A stretch of 64,000 nt of DNA from Catajapyx aquilonaris (lineage: Eukaryota), in the NCBI GenBank assembly GCA_000934665.2, contig KZ538322.1, positions 1 to 64,000 of the forward strand. The letters run 5' to 3'. Positions 39,562 through 53,484 of this stretch are shown here, piece by piece. Numbering within the stretch: position 1 is the stretch's first letter; each line of letters opens with the position of its first letter. The position numbers and the translations under genes are program-made. The notes under the pieces were generated by a model, which was not told where the DNA came from, made no database searches, and worked only from the letters and a program-made list of their open reading frames with translations.

Positions 39562-41850
39562 CACTCCCACTCCCCAAATGTTACTGCGCCCCCCGTGTGC
39601 TACTGGGATTTGTCGCGAATAGCGGTCAGGTTAAGATGTGGCTGCCTTCCAAAACCAGTCATTTCAGAATCTGGCAGGTCATTATCGCCTTATCTCCATA
39701 CGACTCTCTGCCAGTCTTTGAGTCAGAATTCTCCGAAAGCCACCCACCCTAGTCATTTTCCCAACCCAAACATTTAAAAACACTTTGGTCACCTCTCAGC
39801 TGGGATCCCAGAATGAAATCAACAATATCCCAAAGGTGCCAGGGTCTTTTCTCCAACCTGTGCCATATCTAGTGATTCACGACCACGAAGTAATGTGTAT
39901 CGACGATATGTTGACGATGCTATATCATCCAGTTGGATGAGTTACTTCTGTTTTCACCCTCCTTGTTGTCATCAAGGTGCTCTTTTGCAAGTGGAGAGAC
40001 GTAGTAAACACATCCACATTTTGCATTCAGTGGGCCACTACGAAACTGGCTGAAAATCGGGCTTTTTTGGCCCCGGTGGGTCGTCAGCAAGGCGGCCCCA
40101 TTAGTCTGGAAAGGGAGTAGGTGGCGGGGCACAAAAGTAAGTTTGGTTGGGGAGGACTAGACTATTTTCCTCATCCCATCCCAGTTGGCAGCAATCCCCC
40201 CCTTTTTCCAGAGCATAGGTGGGTCTGGAAGGCGGCGGGTGCGATTTATTTTAGTCGCAGCCACTCTTACCAGCTGTTCTTGTTTCTTTAAGATGTAAAG
40301 GAGAGATCAACAATTCGTACGTGCCAAGTCCTGACAGAGAGGAAAGGCAGCAGCATAGAGTAAATAATACGTACGCAGAGATGGCACCTGGTGTAGTTGT
40401 AACCAGTTGTAGACGGTAACCGCGAGACGGTAGCGAGATGGTGGCGACTCTTGCGGATGAGCCTGATGGTAACCACCATCTACCTGTGGTCCGAATGAAT
40501 GCCTGCCTACCAGCAGATGGCTGCTTGATGGAACACTCACCCTCTTCTCCCAAGTGTACTGTAGTACATCGGTACTGCAGGTGGCATATTGCATGATCAG
40601 GACAAAAGCGAGAAGGTGACCACGTCGTCCAAAAACGGCCTTGTCGGCAGATATGGAGGATCAATGAAGCCATCTGCCATTCAATCCGACGCCCGTTTCG
40701 AGACAGTTGGCCGAGATTAAACTCTCAACTGGGTGGTGGTAGTGGGGGGAGACCTATGGATGTGGGATGGGGAAGCCTTTTTAGCCTAGATGAAAATAGG
40801 GACTGTCGTCTCTATATGTGACACTGTCATATGGTCTTGTTCGAAGCTGGTTGGGCACCCGTATGGTTCGGCAGGAAGAGGGGCTTCATGCAAAGTGCAG
40901 GACTGATCATGTCCGCCCTGTGTCTTTGGGTATTGTTCATTAAAATGTGCTTTTTGCAGACCCGAGAAACACTGTTTCGTTCTCTCAGAAACTTAACAAC
41001 GACTACTGTACTAGCATTAACACTAATCTAATATTACTGATGCCTACTGATAGTAAGAGTCATCAAAAGGGGGCAAGGCATGCCAATCCGAAGTTGTAGA
41101 TTACGTCTAAACACTCGAGAAGCTAATCCGGGACGCTTCAGAGTAATAGTCTACTGTAGAACCTACCTCAATACCAGTCATATACAGTATAAGATGCGAG
41201 AAGTCAGATCGATGATAAAGGGACATCTGATGAGGAAAATATGTGATTGTTGTACCAATAATCCCGAACCAATAAATGTACGGGTATGAAAAAGGTCATT
41301 TATGCCAATATTTTGTTTTGTACTATGGCCTCTCATAAGGCTTTCACGGTTGAAAAATCTTGAACATAACACGTATTATAGTGGACGTCACGATGATGTG
41401 ATTTAGGTCGTGCCAAAGGTTCCGCTGCAAGTTGTGGCAGAAGAAATATACGATATATATGGTCTCGTATATACACTGCATGTGATGCACCCTTCCTATC
41501 TGAAAGCTCAATGGTGTTAAAGTTCATAATTCTGATAAAAAGTGTTCTTACTGGGCAGAAAAGCCATCGCGGATGACCCGTGGAGCAGAAATGCGTTCGC
41601 AAGGTGATATCTGAATATTGCAGAGAGGCGAAAATAAGTAGGCATACAGGACCAAAGTCTGAAAATACAGGCATCTAAGAACGCGATATTGCCGTCAGGA
41701 TCAAGAGGTTCGGCGTTAGGGATGCCAAAAGTGATGTCTTTGACATGTAGACGTATAGTTGTTGTTCACGCCAATCAACGCCTCACACGAGTCAACTAAT
41801 TTCAGCATTTTTGGGGGGACCGCAGCCAACTCCATAATATATCGCAAGTA

Positions 41851-42013
41851 TACAGTTCTGGTCATATATCGAGGCAACTGCGAGGCGACATTTTCCGAAG
41901 CGGCAGAAGAAGGAATCTTGCTCGCCCATGCTTGAAGTATTATCTTCGATTCCTTCTTCTGCCGCTTCGGAAAATATCGCTGGCAGTTGCCTCGATATAT
42001 GACCAGAACTGTA
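41851..42013. mobile_element. Hairpin MITE with TA ends (Tc1/mariner-like)
   Basis: TACAGTTCTGGTCATATATCGAGGCAACTG ... CAGTTGCCTCGATATATGACCAGAACTGTA; ~67-bp arms. Confidence 0.8.
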
Positions 42014-43187
42014 CCTTAGTTATGTAACTTATGATTGAAATAATAATTATTGGGATAGCCAGTAACCAAAGTTGATATGTATGTTCCACATGCATCATCA
42101 TCATTATATCGACAGCTCACTCGTCCAATGTTATCATCAACGGCATCCTGTGTAGTGGGCAATATTAGCATGATACCCCTCCCCTTCCACCTCATCTAGT
42201 TTATAAAATGTCCTGGTGCATGAGGTGGACATGTGTGCTGATCAGTATGGGGGCGGCGGATGAGGGGACTTGGAGGGTGGACTCTCCAATCACGGTAATT
42301 GAAGCAAAAGAGCTTTTAGGCAGATTGGTCGGCTCGAACGAAACGCAAGATTTGAATAGAAGGCATTTCATTTCCGTGCAACGTGCTTCAGACCGCCTTT
42401 CATGTTTCATAATACGACAGACATGCTGGGGACGTTCTTGTCTCTCATTGTCATTCATTCCTCAAAGTACGTATATATTATCCCCATATACGTATGTATA
42501 ACGAGTAGGTAATTTGCGAATGAACTCTTCCGATATTGAGACATACGGTAACACCCTTCTAAAATTCTGGAGGTACGACTTGGCAACCGTCAAATGACAG
42601 CCAACGTCAAAAGTCAAGCAAAGGGCACAAATTAGGCGAAATGCAGTGTCATCCATATCGGGTTTGACTTTGTGAGAAGAGGGTGGCGCCAAGCGACGCC
42701 TCCGACGCCAGGCCTTTCTATTGATCCATCAGGGCGTCGCTCTACCCCCCCCCCCCCTCTTCCACCCACTCGACTCCCTCATACGAAGAGATGTCCCCTC
42801 GAGGCCAATCCGCCATGCTGCTGGCATACGAGCGCCAATTTCGCGGTGCAGACCTTCAAGTGTCATCCTGGCTCCCTCCGAGGTTTGACTGGCTTCTCTG
42901 TTTCATTTCTGACACGTCATCCCCAGGCACATTTTTTTTGGTTTGAAATAATATATGACGTACCATCAGCAAAACATGGTCGTACAATACCGGGTTGACA
43001 TTCGACGACTGACCCTGTTTTTAATTCGAGTCCAAGCAAGAGGATGCAAAAACAGGTCATTGTGGTCCAACTAGTCTAGTGCGTATCGAATGCGAGTGAC
43101 AGTTTGCGTGCTGTAATGGGTTTCAGGCAGGCAACAGGAAAAGGAAGGACAAGGACATGGGGCAAAAGAGGGGAGATCCAAGAAATA

Positions 43188-43455
43188 CAGGGTGTCCAGC
43201 ACAATGAACGTCCATAGTTTCAAAGAGCAATATTTAAGGTTTTAGTTGTTTAAATGGTCTGGAAGCTCAACAAGTTTCATCCTAAATTTTTGGAATAGCC
43301 TATACTAAAGGAGCACATGTAGAAGGCTAATACTGATATTTTTTACATAAACTTGATGAGTGTCCCTTCTCATTTGTACAATTTCGATACCATGGCCCAT
43401 TAATTTGTTTAATAATAGCACGTTGAAACTCGGGAGGTTCATTGTGGACACCCTG
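43188..43455. mobile_element. Tc1/mariner-type MITE
   Basis: TA|CAGGGTGTCCA ... TGGACACCCTG|TA. Confidence 0.8.
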
Positions 43456-46400
43456 TACAATGAATGTTGCATGACGGAAATTCAAGTCATGGATCAGGCG
43501 GAACGGCAGTCTAATCCTCCATGGATGTCTTTCCCCCCCTAAATCCTCCCTCCAAGCCATATTTAAATGAAGGCACGCCGCTTCAAATATTCATCGGCTC
43601 AGGGTCTATGGGGTCGATTTTGTTCCATTTGCTTGCCAAGGAGCAAAAGGCAGCCAAGTCACTTTTGGGCTCTTTAATATTTGACTACAAGAGTCGTGGC
43701 CCTTTTCCCGCCCCGATTCACTAGACTACATTGATCTGCGGGGTCACGCTTGATCGGCTGGCTTTTAGCTCAAGGTGAATTATGTTGATGCCAGTTAACT
43801 CCTAGGCCTACTTCCGTCATTCTTGGAATGTGCTCATTACTTCTAATTGGCTCAAGTTGTGGTGCGGAGTCCAACTCTTTCATTGCATGTAACTGCGTGG
43901 TCAAAGCTTACGAGATATGTCTCTGTGAGACTGGCAACTTGATTTGAATACTGTGGTCGTGACATTGTGCGTAAGCAACATTGTCTAGTATGGAAATTAT
44001 AGGCGAAAGAAGTGCTATCACCATAATTTATCGCGTAAATCATAGACCGGTTACCGGTATGTCCTTTTGCCGTCCTTCCAACATCCAAAACAAGTGCTGC
44101 GCAGTCTCCATTTCCGGCCGCCATCTCATGGTATATCTGAGGTGATATTGGACAGTCTCAAGAGAAGTTGTACAGTAATTGAAGATATTAGTAGAATAAT
44201 ATTTCAAAGGTAGCAGTGAGAAAGATGAAGACATCGATGGTGAGACTATCAAAGCATCCTCTTTTTCGATATACAATTAGTAGCCTATCAAATAACAAGA
44301 GATTGACATATACAGTATGCAACTTTTTTGCGCTTTTTCATAAAGAACTAATCAGAAAGGATTCTCGAGGTGTACTCCCAAAAACTGGAAACTGTGATCA
44401 GTCTGGTTAGGTTACTCAAGAAAAGGAGCATTCCTTGCTGAAGAAGTCCTGATGAGTGGCATCGAATAGAGTAAGTTTAAAATGATAACTTATTTTAACC
44501 AAAGAGCTCATTTACGTCATGGGTGATGAAAATGGTTGAAATTAAATCTATAGAAAGGGAATAGTGAAGCCCAGTTCCATATCGGACAGGCTTGGTGCAT
44601 TTATCTTGACTTCGATATAATGATATTCTGTGATTGGTTCTATCAAGAATTCTAGGAATTCTGCCTACGTCCCTGTGATGCTGTATTTAGCTGCTACATA
44701 CATCTAGAGAAGCCTCTATTAATTTCCAAATTCCAAGCATGCATTTATGTCATGGAATAGCTAGGACACTGAACCCGATTATGTAAAGGAAAAAAGGTCA
44801 TCTGCAAAGGAAATGCCAAAGACTGCGAGCCTAACCTATAACACACATTATTATCAGTAACACGATATTGTACGTGGTGTTTTCTTTGACGACTCTCATT
44901 ACATGTCCTAAAAATAACAGGGGTGTCTGCTTCCAGTCAGTCACCCCCTGTTGAACTACATCCCGATGACCTGTCCCCCTCTCGCCTTTGAACTCACGAA
45001 GGAAAGTATTGGGTGACTTAAAAATTGAAACCAGAATCAGAATAGGCGCGACGGGTGTTGTCATTTGAGCCATATCTGCAATTATGGCTAGGGATCAGCA
45101 ACCCCTTGCACTGCTGGAGTCCAACCTCAAGAATCCCATGTGAGAATAATTATATTCGCTCCCATTCTTATCACTTCCGCTCAGTATCAGGACCTATTTG
45201 TAGATACAGATTCACCGATAGTAAATGAGATGGGAGAAAACAGCACCATATTGGGCACATTTCCAAAATCCCAGGTTGCGTCCAAAAACCTCGGCGCATC
45301 TCCCCTGTGGCAATATGGCGCAAATTCAAGTGGGTTTCTGGCCGCCATGCACTTAATGTATTGATCCAAAAGGGGCGTTTCCAAGCAAACCCCGCTCACC
45401 GGAACCGCCCTAGGAGACGCCCAAACCTGAATAACCTTCCCCTTCCAAAGCCACGACTAAAATAGTGCGATGCGCTTGGAGGGGTGGGCAACCGCTGGGA
45501 GAAAGTAGTGCGGGTTGCCGACTTTTCCAGTCCAATATATCGGTTGACTGACCCTAAGCGGTCTCTGGGGGAGACTTGATCCAATGCCATTAGTTTTTAT
45601 GGACCGAATTGGTAACTTGGGTGTCATTAGTACCGCGCTTACTGTATAGTCAAACATTGCGTTAACAAACAGAACGTCTATTTTAGTGTAGGTGGTCTAT
45701 TCTTACTTGTTAGTGGTAGCCATTGGCACATGGTCATAATCAGCCACTAGCAGCCACCTGACAATTTGCTAATTTGACATACTGTATGTGACCAGCAGAG
45801 AAGCATATATCTTTTGCTCATTATGCATCCTATCTGCTTTGAGTTTATTTTTCTTGCTGCATTGGAGGACCCTGGTCATATTCTGTTGCAGCGGGCAAGG
45901 TTTTCATGACCCTTTCCCATGAGTTGTCCTCCATTCAAATGTTGTGAATATTCACTACTGACCTTATTTTTCGCATTGATCTATAACCTGGTCTAATAAA
46001 AATATGAAAATGAATGCATTAAATTGCGGACCCGGATACACTACTTTCCTACTCTTACATTGGAACTCTCCATTTTTACTTTAAATTTTTGGTGTGGTTA
46101 CAAAAGAACAGTAGACACTCCTACCCTGGTAAAATCGTAATCAACACCACACATTAATTTTCTGTATTCAGATTGTCTCCTCCAAGGACACACATTAGAA
46201 TCCCGCATCTGGGGAGGGGGATCCGAAACTTTCTGTCCACCCTGTATTTAAATGGAATCTTTAAATGGATTGCAATAGTCAATTTAAAATAGAAACTGAC
46301 ACGTTCTGACCCACTAGAATCTGAGGTCAGTGGTTGAACACAGCCTAGAACTACCTAAGTGAGTCAGAGGACGATCAATTATTCGAAAAATATGTATTAT

Positions 46401-49051
46401 CAACTCATATTTTTAAGAACTCGAAATGCTTGCTCCAAAATTATTAGCCTACTTCGTAATAAGCATCGTAGTGCCAAAAGAGGGCTAACCACTACTGGCA
46501 CTTTATAACGTAGTTAGCCTTCCATATTTATAGAAAAATGCCAGAGAAAGTTTAAATACCACGTGAAAGTTAACCCTGTAAAACACTTGGCAATAGAAAA
46601 ATTTCAATTGAGATCCTGAGTCATACAAGGGATAATTCCCCCCCCCNNNNNNNNNNNNNAAAGAATCCTGAGAATTCCCCATCAGATTGCCTTAGCCAAA
46701 TTAGATCCAGCTGATAATTAAAAAATTCCAACAATGCCATACAATTACCAATCTAGTTACAAAAGAAATCTGAGAAGTCCATGAAATACATAGACTTATT
46801 TTCCCCCCATCGAGTGATTTCCCCCACGACAGCCTCATTACAGCTTTCCCAAGTTGGGAGCGACCCGTAACACTAGAAGTTGAATAGAGCCGGGGTGGGC
46901 TGGGAAGTGGGGCATGCTTGTCATGGAGAGTAGAGTTTAGTAAAAAGCCGATCTAAAAAAAGGGTACATCAATAAGCACTTGGGGCAATTCGCACAACCC
47001 TCCTAATTGCGACTTTTTTTTATTATTGGGCTTCGGACCATAGGAAAGAAGGTGGGGCCATGACGGTGTGGGTAAGGGGAGAAGAGAACAATCTGCTCAT
47101 TTTCGTGGCCGTAATAAATCCCTAGTCGGCACGCGGCCATTTTTTGATAAGGCCACGTGCCCGGAAGCTCCAGCGGCGGCTGCGCACGTGGACACTTCCG
47201 TTTCGTGTCTCCTGCGCACCCACATTTTTTTTTCTTCTCCCCATCACGACGTCATTTTTATTGTCTAGGGGGGTACCGTGTGACTCATAAGTCTCGGCCT
47301 TACGCAGGCCATTTCCTCTATCTTCTACATCACTGTCACGCGAAGTTCCGCTCCATAAAAGATTGTCCAAAATCAGGGCACTCTCAGTACGTGCTAGGTC
47401 GCCATTTTTATTCCTAATTGCCCTATGGAGGTTTTTTTTGTGTCAGAGAAAATCTGGGCTTGCAACGACCTTTTCATAACGTTTTGAACTCCATGGATCG
47501 TCGAGAGTCACGTTGTTATTGTAAATTGGGTTGTGGTTGCCAAACTACTCCAAGGGTGTTTTTGCCCCAGTTATTCTCCTATATTTATGTCAGTAATACT
47601 TCCAGTCTCCTATAGGTTTAAGGCCAAAAAACGGGTTAACTGACTGGCGAAAGGACAATTCCACACTCAACATTTTAGAACAAGACAATATTATTTCTGC
47701 ATAAATAGCACTAATAACAATAATTCTAATGTTATCCCTGTCCTTTTCTTCCTGATACTGAAAATAGCTTCAGATCGATATAGGGGAGATTTTTTTTTAT
47801 TGTACTAATACAAATAGTTGTGTCGCAAGTGGATTCCATGAGGGGTGCAGAAATGACGTCCCCTTTTCCCCTATCCCTTGACTACAGAGTGCGTTGCTAA
47901 CTGGAATGGCACGGCTCATCCATGCGGCAATCCGTAAATGTGACATTGCTTGCGCATGACTGGATCCTGGAAGCAATTATTGGGCCTTGTATTCATGAGC
48001 CAACGTGGACATGGATACTCAAAGGAAGGGGGAGTCATCGTGGGAAACGAGCTTCACGGGTTACGCACATCACGCTAAATCTGACACAGATTTATTCATT
48101 ACCAACATGTAATATTTTGACAAAATCTGAACTTTTTTCAATAGCACATCTTGCTCGAGGACATCTTCGTAATGCCTGTTACGTAGCTTATGTAGCTTTC
48201 CAGAACGTTACAGCTGGGGGGGGCTGGGTTACAACCGCAATTTCTCCTGGCGGTTTAAGCACGTCGGAAAGTCATAAAAGGACAAGGCATAGCTGTGCTG
48301 CTTGTGTAGGATCCGGCATCAGGCTGCTGTTTTGGGAAGCACGTGTTTGCAAAGTTCTTACGAGGCGACATGCGACCTGCGACCTGGATGGAAAGGAAGC
48401 AGATGCGACGGAAGGTCCCTGAATACACCGCCCGGTTTTTATTTTAGAGCCTACGGTTTTCTCGTGTTTGAAGGCAAACGATGCTGTCTTGCTTCTTTTT
48501 TCGAACAGACTTGTTTTGCGCATGCGGACGGTTTGTACAGTTGGCTGTCGTAATTCAAGCTCTCGACACTTAGGCTTCTGGCAGGAAGCAACATGGCGAG
48601 ACAAGTGACGTCGATAACAACTCCTCAGGTGTTGTCCCTTCACTCATTCGTTCTGTGTAAATATACATCAGAGACGACATGCCCTACTAGTCCGGTTCAA
48701 GAATATTGGCAACAATACCTTCAACGTGAATCGTGATGCAAAATCTTTTCCTCGTTGTTTCCTGTTGCCTAACCACATGTATGCCTCCTCCCATTTGTCG
48801 AAATAGGTTGTCACACACGTGCTTCGGCAGGGCTTCACGCTAAAGGTTATTTCGAAGTCATTTTTCTTTATCTGAATCCGTTGTGCTCGACTCCATTGTT
48901 CACCGCGTCCGCCAGTCCCATTGTAAAGTTGGAAGAATGGATCGGCGGAGACCATTTTTATTGTTCTTTTTTAAATGGGACAAATGCCTTCGGGCTGAGT
49001 TAGCCGCAGGTGTTTGCTTTCAAGGTGAATGAGAGAGAGGTTGTACGGTGA

Positions 49052-49056
<5 letters not shown>

Positions 49057-49099
<43 letters not shown>
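49057..49099. repeat. (AG)n microsatellite
   Basis: Perfect dinucleotide run. Confidence 0.95.
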
Positions 49100-49102
<3 letters not shown>

Positions 49103-52100
49103 AGGAAAACTGTGGAAAGGCTTGCAGCCTTTAGTACTTACAGGCTTGCCAAGCGTGACACTTCCGCATCCCGAGATTCCACGTTCCCTTTTTCCTACCC
49201 AGATCTGACCTTTGGCCCATGTGGCTACAGTATAACCACAGCTTCGGTCGCACTTGTCTCAGGAACTCAAGGTCTCCTTAGGCTATCCCGGATAGGGGAA
49301 TTCGAACGGTCCTCTATCAAAAATTGTTTCCGCAATAGCTCTAGGACACATAAAAATTAAAAATGAAACAAGTGACCTTCTAATAAAGCAATATATGCCC
49401 CCTAGAATAATTCGATTTTCTCATTACAACTTACTGTGCAGTAACGGGTTTCATTTTTAATCACTGCATTCAGACACCTTTTGTTAAGCACAACGGTGTA
49501 TTATAATTTACAGACAGCATAATCCCTTAGGTTCATGCCATCGATTATGAACAGCACGTTTGGGGGGGTATGCTAGCCTACTTCTTTTGTACTCTGACTT
49601 CTGAGACTGCCTTGTCATCAAGTGCCAAACGCGTGTTGCGCAAACTTCTTGGCCATACCTGGCACGGTTAATAAGCTCCATACTGGCAGTCACGAGCCGC
49701 GAAAACTTGTTCTAGAAAAGAAAGAGCTGACTTTTACACGCTATTAGAAATGGAGCCGCGTAATAGAGAAGTGGGGCCCATGTTTCGCAACACGGAGTGA
49801 AAACATCTGCCAAAAATTGTTACTAGGACCATCCGGATATGTTTCATTCATAGGATGAGGAACCGTATTCTTCATTCCCAAAGTCAGTGAACCCGTGAGA
49901 GTTGGGAAGCTTGGGAAGAAAAGTGGATCCAAACGCCATTGACTTCCTGGCTGAAGGAAAAAGAAACCCTCGAAGAATAGCGGGGCAGGCAGTCATCATT
50001 AGAGACATCCTTTTGGCCGATACGCTCACGTAAGCTCCCAAGCTTCAAGGGGATTCCGGCATCAGAAAAGAAAGGGCGTGCCACATCCAAACCCTGCCAA
50101 ATTTTGATCATTTTTCACTACCTTTTTGTGTCCAAAAAAGTTTTTTTTTGTCATCTGGGTACAGGTTAGGTTGCTCTGCCCACGACATATACATTCCAGC
50201 TTTGCATGAGTAAAAGGAGTGATGGCCAAGACGTGCGGGAAGGTAGGTCAGGGTAGTGAAGGACCGGTAGGTACAGCGTATGATTTGCCAAACGAGGAAA
50301 TCATATCCCAGCAGCAGTCAGGAGAATTTGCATGATGGCTAGAAGAGTGAAAGTTGCAGAGTTACAGGTTCCTTGGTGCCGGTGCCTCAAATCACGATTC
50401 GAGGGCAACACGGTGCTCAAGACGAAGAAGATTGTGCTCCATTTGTGTCGCACTCTTCCAAATTTCTTAGTGTACCTGTGGGATAGTTGAAATGAGCAAG
50501 GGAAAGCTCTTGGGCAACTAACGGAGCCACAATTTTTTTATTTGTCTCTTGCTCTTATTCATTTTTATCTCTCTTTCACTACCTTACAAGCCGCAGTCAT
50601 TTCACCCATCCTCTTGTTCCGGTAGCTCTTGCGGTCTTGTACTAGACACGTGTTTGCTTTCCACCATGACCACTGTTCCTGCACGAAGATTTCTTTTTAA
50701 CAATCGTACAATTTTTTGCTGTCTACTGTACTCTGTAAACTGAAAAAGTAGAGCATTTTTTTTGAAACTTGCTTCTACCGGGTGTGTTGAAAAAAATTTC
50801 AGCTACTCTCCAGATATCCTACCAAACAGCCCTTGAGCCAATGAGGGTGTATCAAGCCGGGTGTAAAAATGTCACCCAGTCGGATGTACTGCACAATGAC
50901 ATAACAAAAAAAATGCAAATACACTCGACTAGGGATTAGAAGTGCAAGTAGGATCCAGGGGATGGGTGATCCATTCTAGGCATCTGCCTCTCATATGGAG
51001 CGAACCGGGTACCCCTGGGTATTTACCGCCGGATGCTTTTCAAAGTGTGGGGCGACCCCCGCCCTTTCCCCACCCATTTTTCATACTTGTCAACAAAAGG
51101 AACACAAGTAGATACCGGATTCCCTCCCATGCTCACACACACTCGGGCAGAATGGACAAGGAGAGATGAAGAAGAAAAAAAAGTCCATCTCGGTAGTGAT
51201 GTATCCATTAGAAGCACAATCGACGACCGGTTTGGGGATGAAAGAAAAACTCTGCTGGGAGAGGTACACAGGGTGGAACAGAAGTAAGGGCGGATCCGTA
51301 TCGATGGAAATTTTGTGGATGTTCAGGTGTGGTATAGTTAGGCCGTTTACAACAATGATGTATCAATGAGATTTCTACACTGGATCTGAGATAACTTTTG
51401 CACCACCCTGTAAGGATAGAAAAGGAGTTGGCAAAGGTGCGGGTATGGTCATAGTAAGTTGGCAATAAACTGAATAAAGGCGCCAACATGCAAAATTGCG
51501 CTATCGTAATCGGATCACATGGGCTTGGCTGGCTGCTGCAAGACCACACTGGGTAATGCATGTAGTGCGCTATTATACACTGTATAATTTATAGATTTGT
51601 CATGTTGTGATGTTGAAACATGTAGTATGTGACCAAATTACATTTACTTTGCCCGCTTTTAAGCCTACTAAATTGTTCACTTTTCCTATAATTTTATGTG
51701 CCATACAGGTCGACCGCGAGCTTCAGATGAAGGTGTCCTCATATAGTGTCCTTACTTTCATGTTTCATAATCATATGGCCCGTGACGCGACATCAAGGTA
51801 AAAGATGCCTTTCATATCCTATCAACTACGGTTTAATTACCTTAGTGCAACACACTATTATTTCTCACTTTAGAAAGTGAATGTCATTCGCCAACCTCAT
51901 CTTTGTCACTATTTCCATAACGAGCAACAGTCCATAATTACACCAAAGCCCTATAATGCCAAAATAACGCCCTTATATTTGCATATGCGGGTAAAGGGCG
52001 ATGACATCTGGGTCCAGACCCTTCCGGCCTCTAGGGATTCCGGGTCCAACCCCCTATCCCAAAGCGTTGGACCGCAGACTTTTTCTACACTCATCCAGGG

Positions 52101-53217
52101 GGTCCCCTCTCATAACTGTACAGCAAAGGGGGGGCACCATGTGTTTTTGGTCAAACCCTACACGTTTCACCCAAGGATTCTGTGCGTATCCCCCATATCA
52201 AGACCCTGAAGGCGAATGCTACTGTGCAGTAGCAGCCTTGAGTGTCTCCTTCAGTCACTGAATCGCCATGCAGGTTCCCACCCCAAAGTCCTCACTAATG
52301 AACCCTAATCCCTAATTATCAAGTCATGGCCCCCTGGCTTTGTGCAGCAGGCCTGCTGCAGGGTTGAGGGGGAATTACACATGCACGCATCCTGGGTACC
52401 GAGTGCACTTGGCCATACTTAGGAAGAGGAGATGGCGGTGGGGCCACTAAGGAAAGGTCGGGTCCTTTTTTTCCCGTAGTGGGCGAGCCATGAAAATCAC
52501 GCCGAGAAGGTCGTGACGAAACGTAATCAGTTGCCGGCGGACAAAATGGATCCGGCCGCATAATTACAGAGGTAGACTTGAAAGACTCGTGACATCCATC
52601 ACCCCCTCCCATCTCACCCTCTCTTGCCTTTCTAAACAGGTGAAATAATCAGGGAGTAATAATAATCATATACCGTAGTGGTAATATGGAAATGTAGAGC
52701 GAAGCCTCCTGATGGGTGAAAGCTGGGGAAAGAAAAAAAAAATGAAAAAAAGAAAAAAAAAATCGGGTTTTGGAAGAGTGATCGCCACTTCGGACTGGAC
52801 TCGCAAGATCTCCTCGTGCAATTAATACTTGACTTGTTTCATGTCTAATGAGCTTCCCCGACTGACCCCAACCCATGCTAATGACTCGCTAAGCCCATCA
52901 CTCTTCACCTGCACTTCCCCTTCCAGCTTCTTGTTGCGCAGGCTCGGTCAAGATGACGCTGCAAAAGTCCAGTTGGAGAGGGCACCCTTAGGGAGTGGCT
53001 ACTTGACACATGTCATATCTGAGACAAACGGGACAAATTTGCACTGGACATCTAGCTGAATATTCTCGACAATGTGGTTTCGGTTACCTTTCCACCAAAT
53101 AATATATTGTTCAATCAATTGTAATTAATTAATGTGCTATATATTGCTCAAAAGGAATTAGACTACAGTATTTTTTGAGAAAATCGTAATATCAATTAAA
53201 TTCGGAGTTATTTTTCC

Positions 53218-53484
53218 AGCTACTGTAAACTGGGTTCCATACAGTCCACCTCCAGATGATATGAAGAGTCAGCACCGCAAGAGCATCACTGGTGAGTCTC
53301 CCATGGAGCATCAATTTTAATGCTCTCATAATGCTCTTGTAATGTTTTTTGTTGCTAAAAAGCATCACAAGAGCATTAAAAATTGATGCTCACCAGTGAT
53401 GCTCATTTAATGTTTTGCGGTTTACAGTGTAGTTACATGCCGACTCTTCATACCATCTTAAGGTGGACTGTATAGAACCCAGCT
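53218..53484. mobile_element. Composite palindrome of two interleaved MITEs
   Basis: Outer arms CTGGGTTCCATACAGTCCACCT / AGGTGGACTGTATAGAACCCAG; inner arms GAGCATCACTGGTGAG / CTCACCAGTGATGCTC. Confidence 0.65.
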
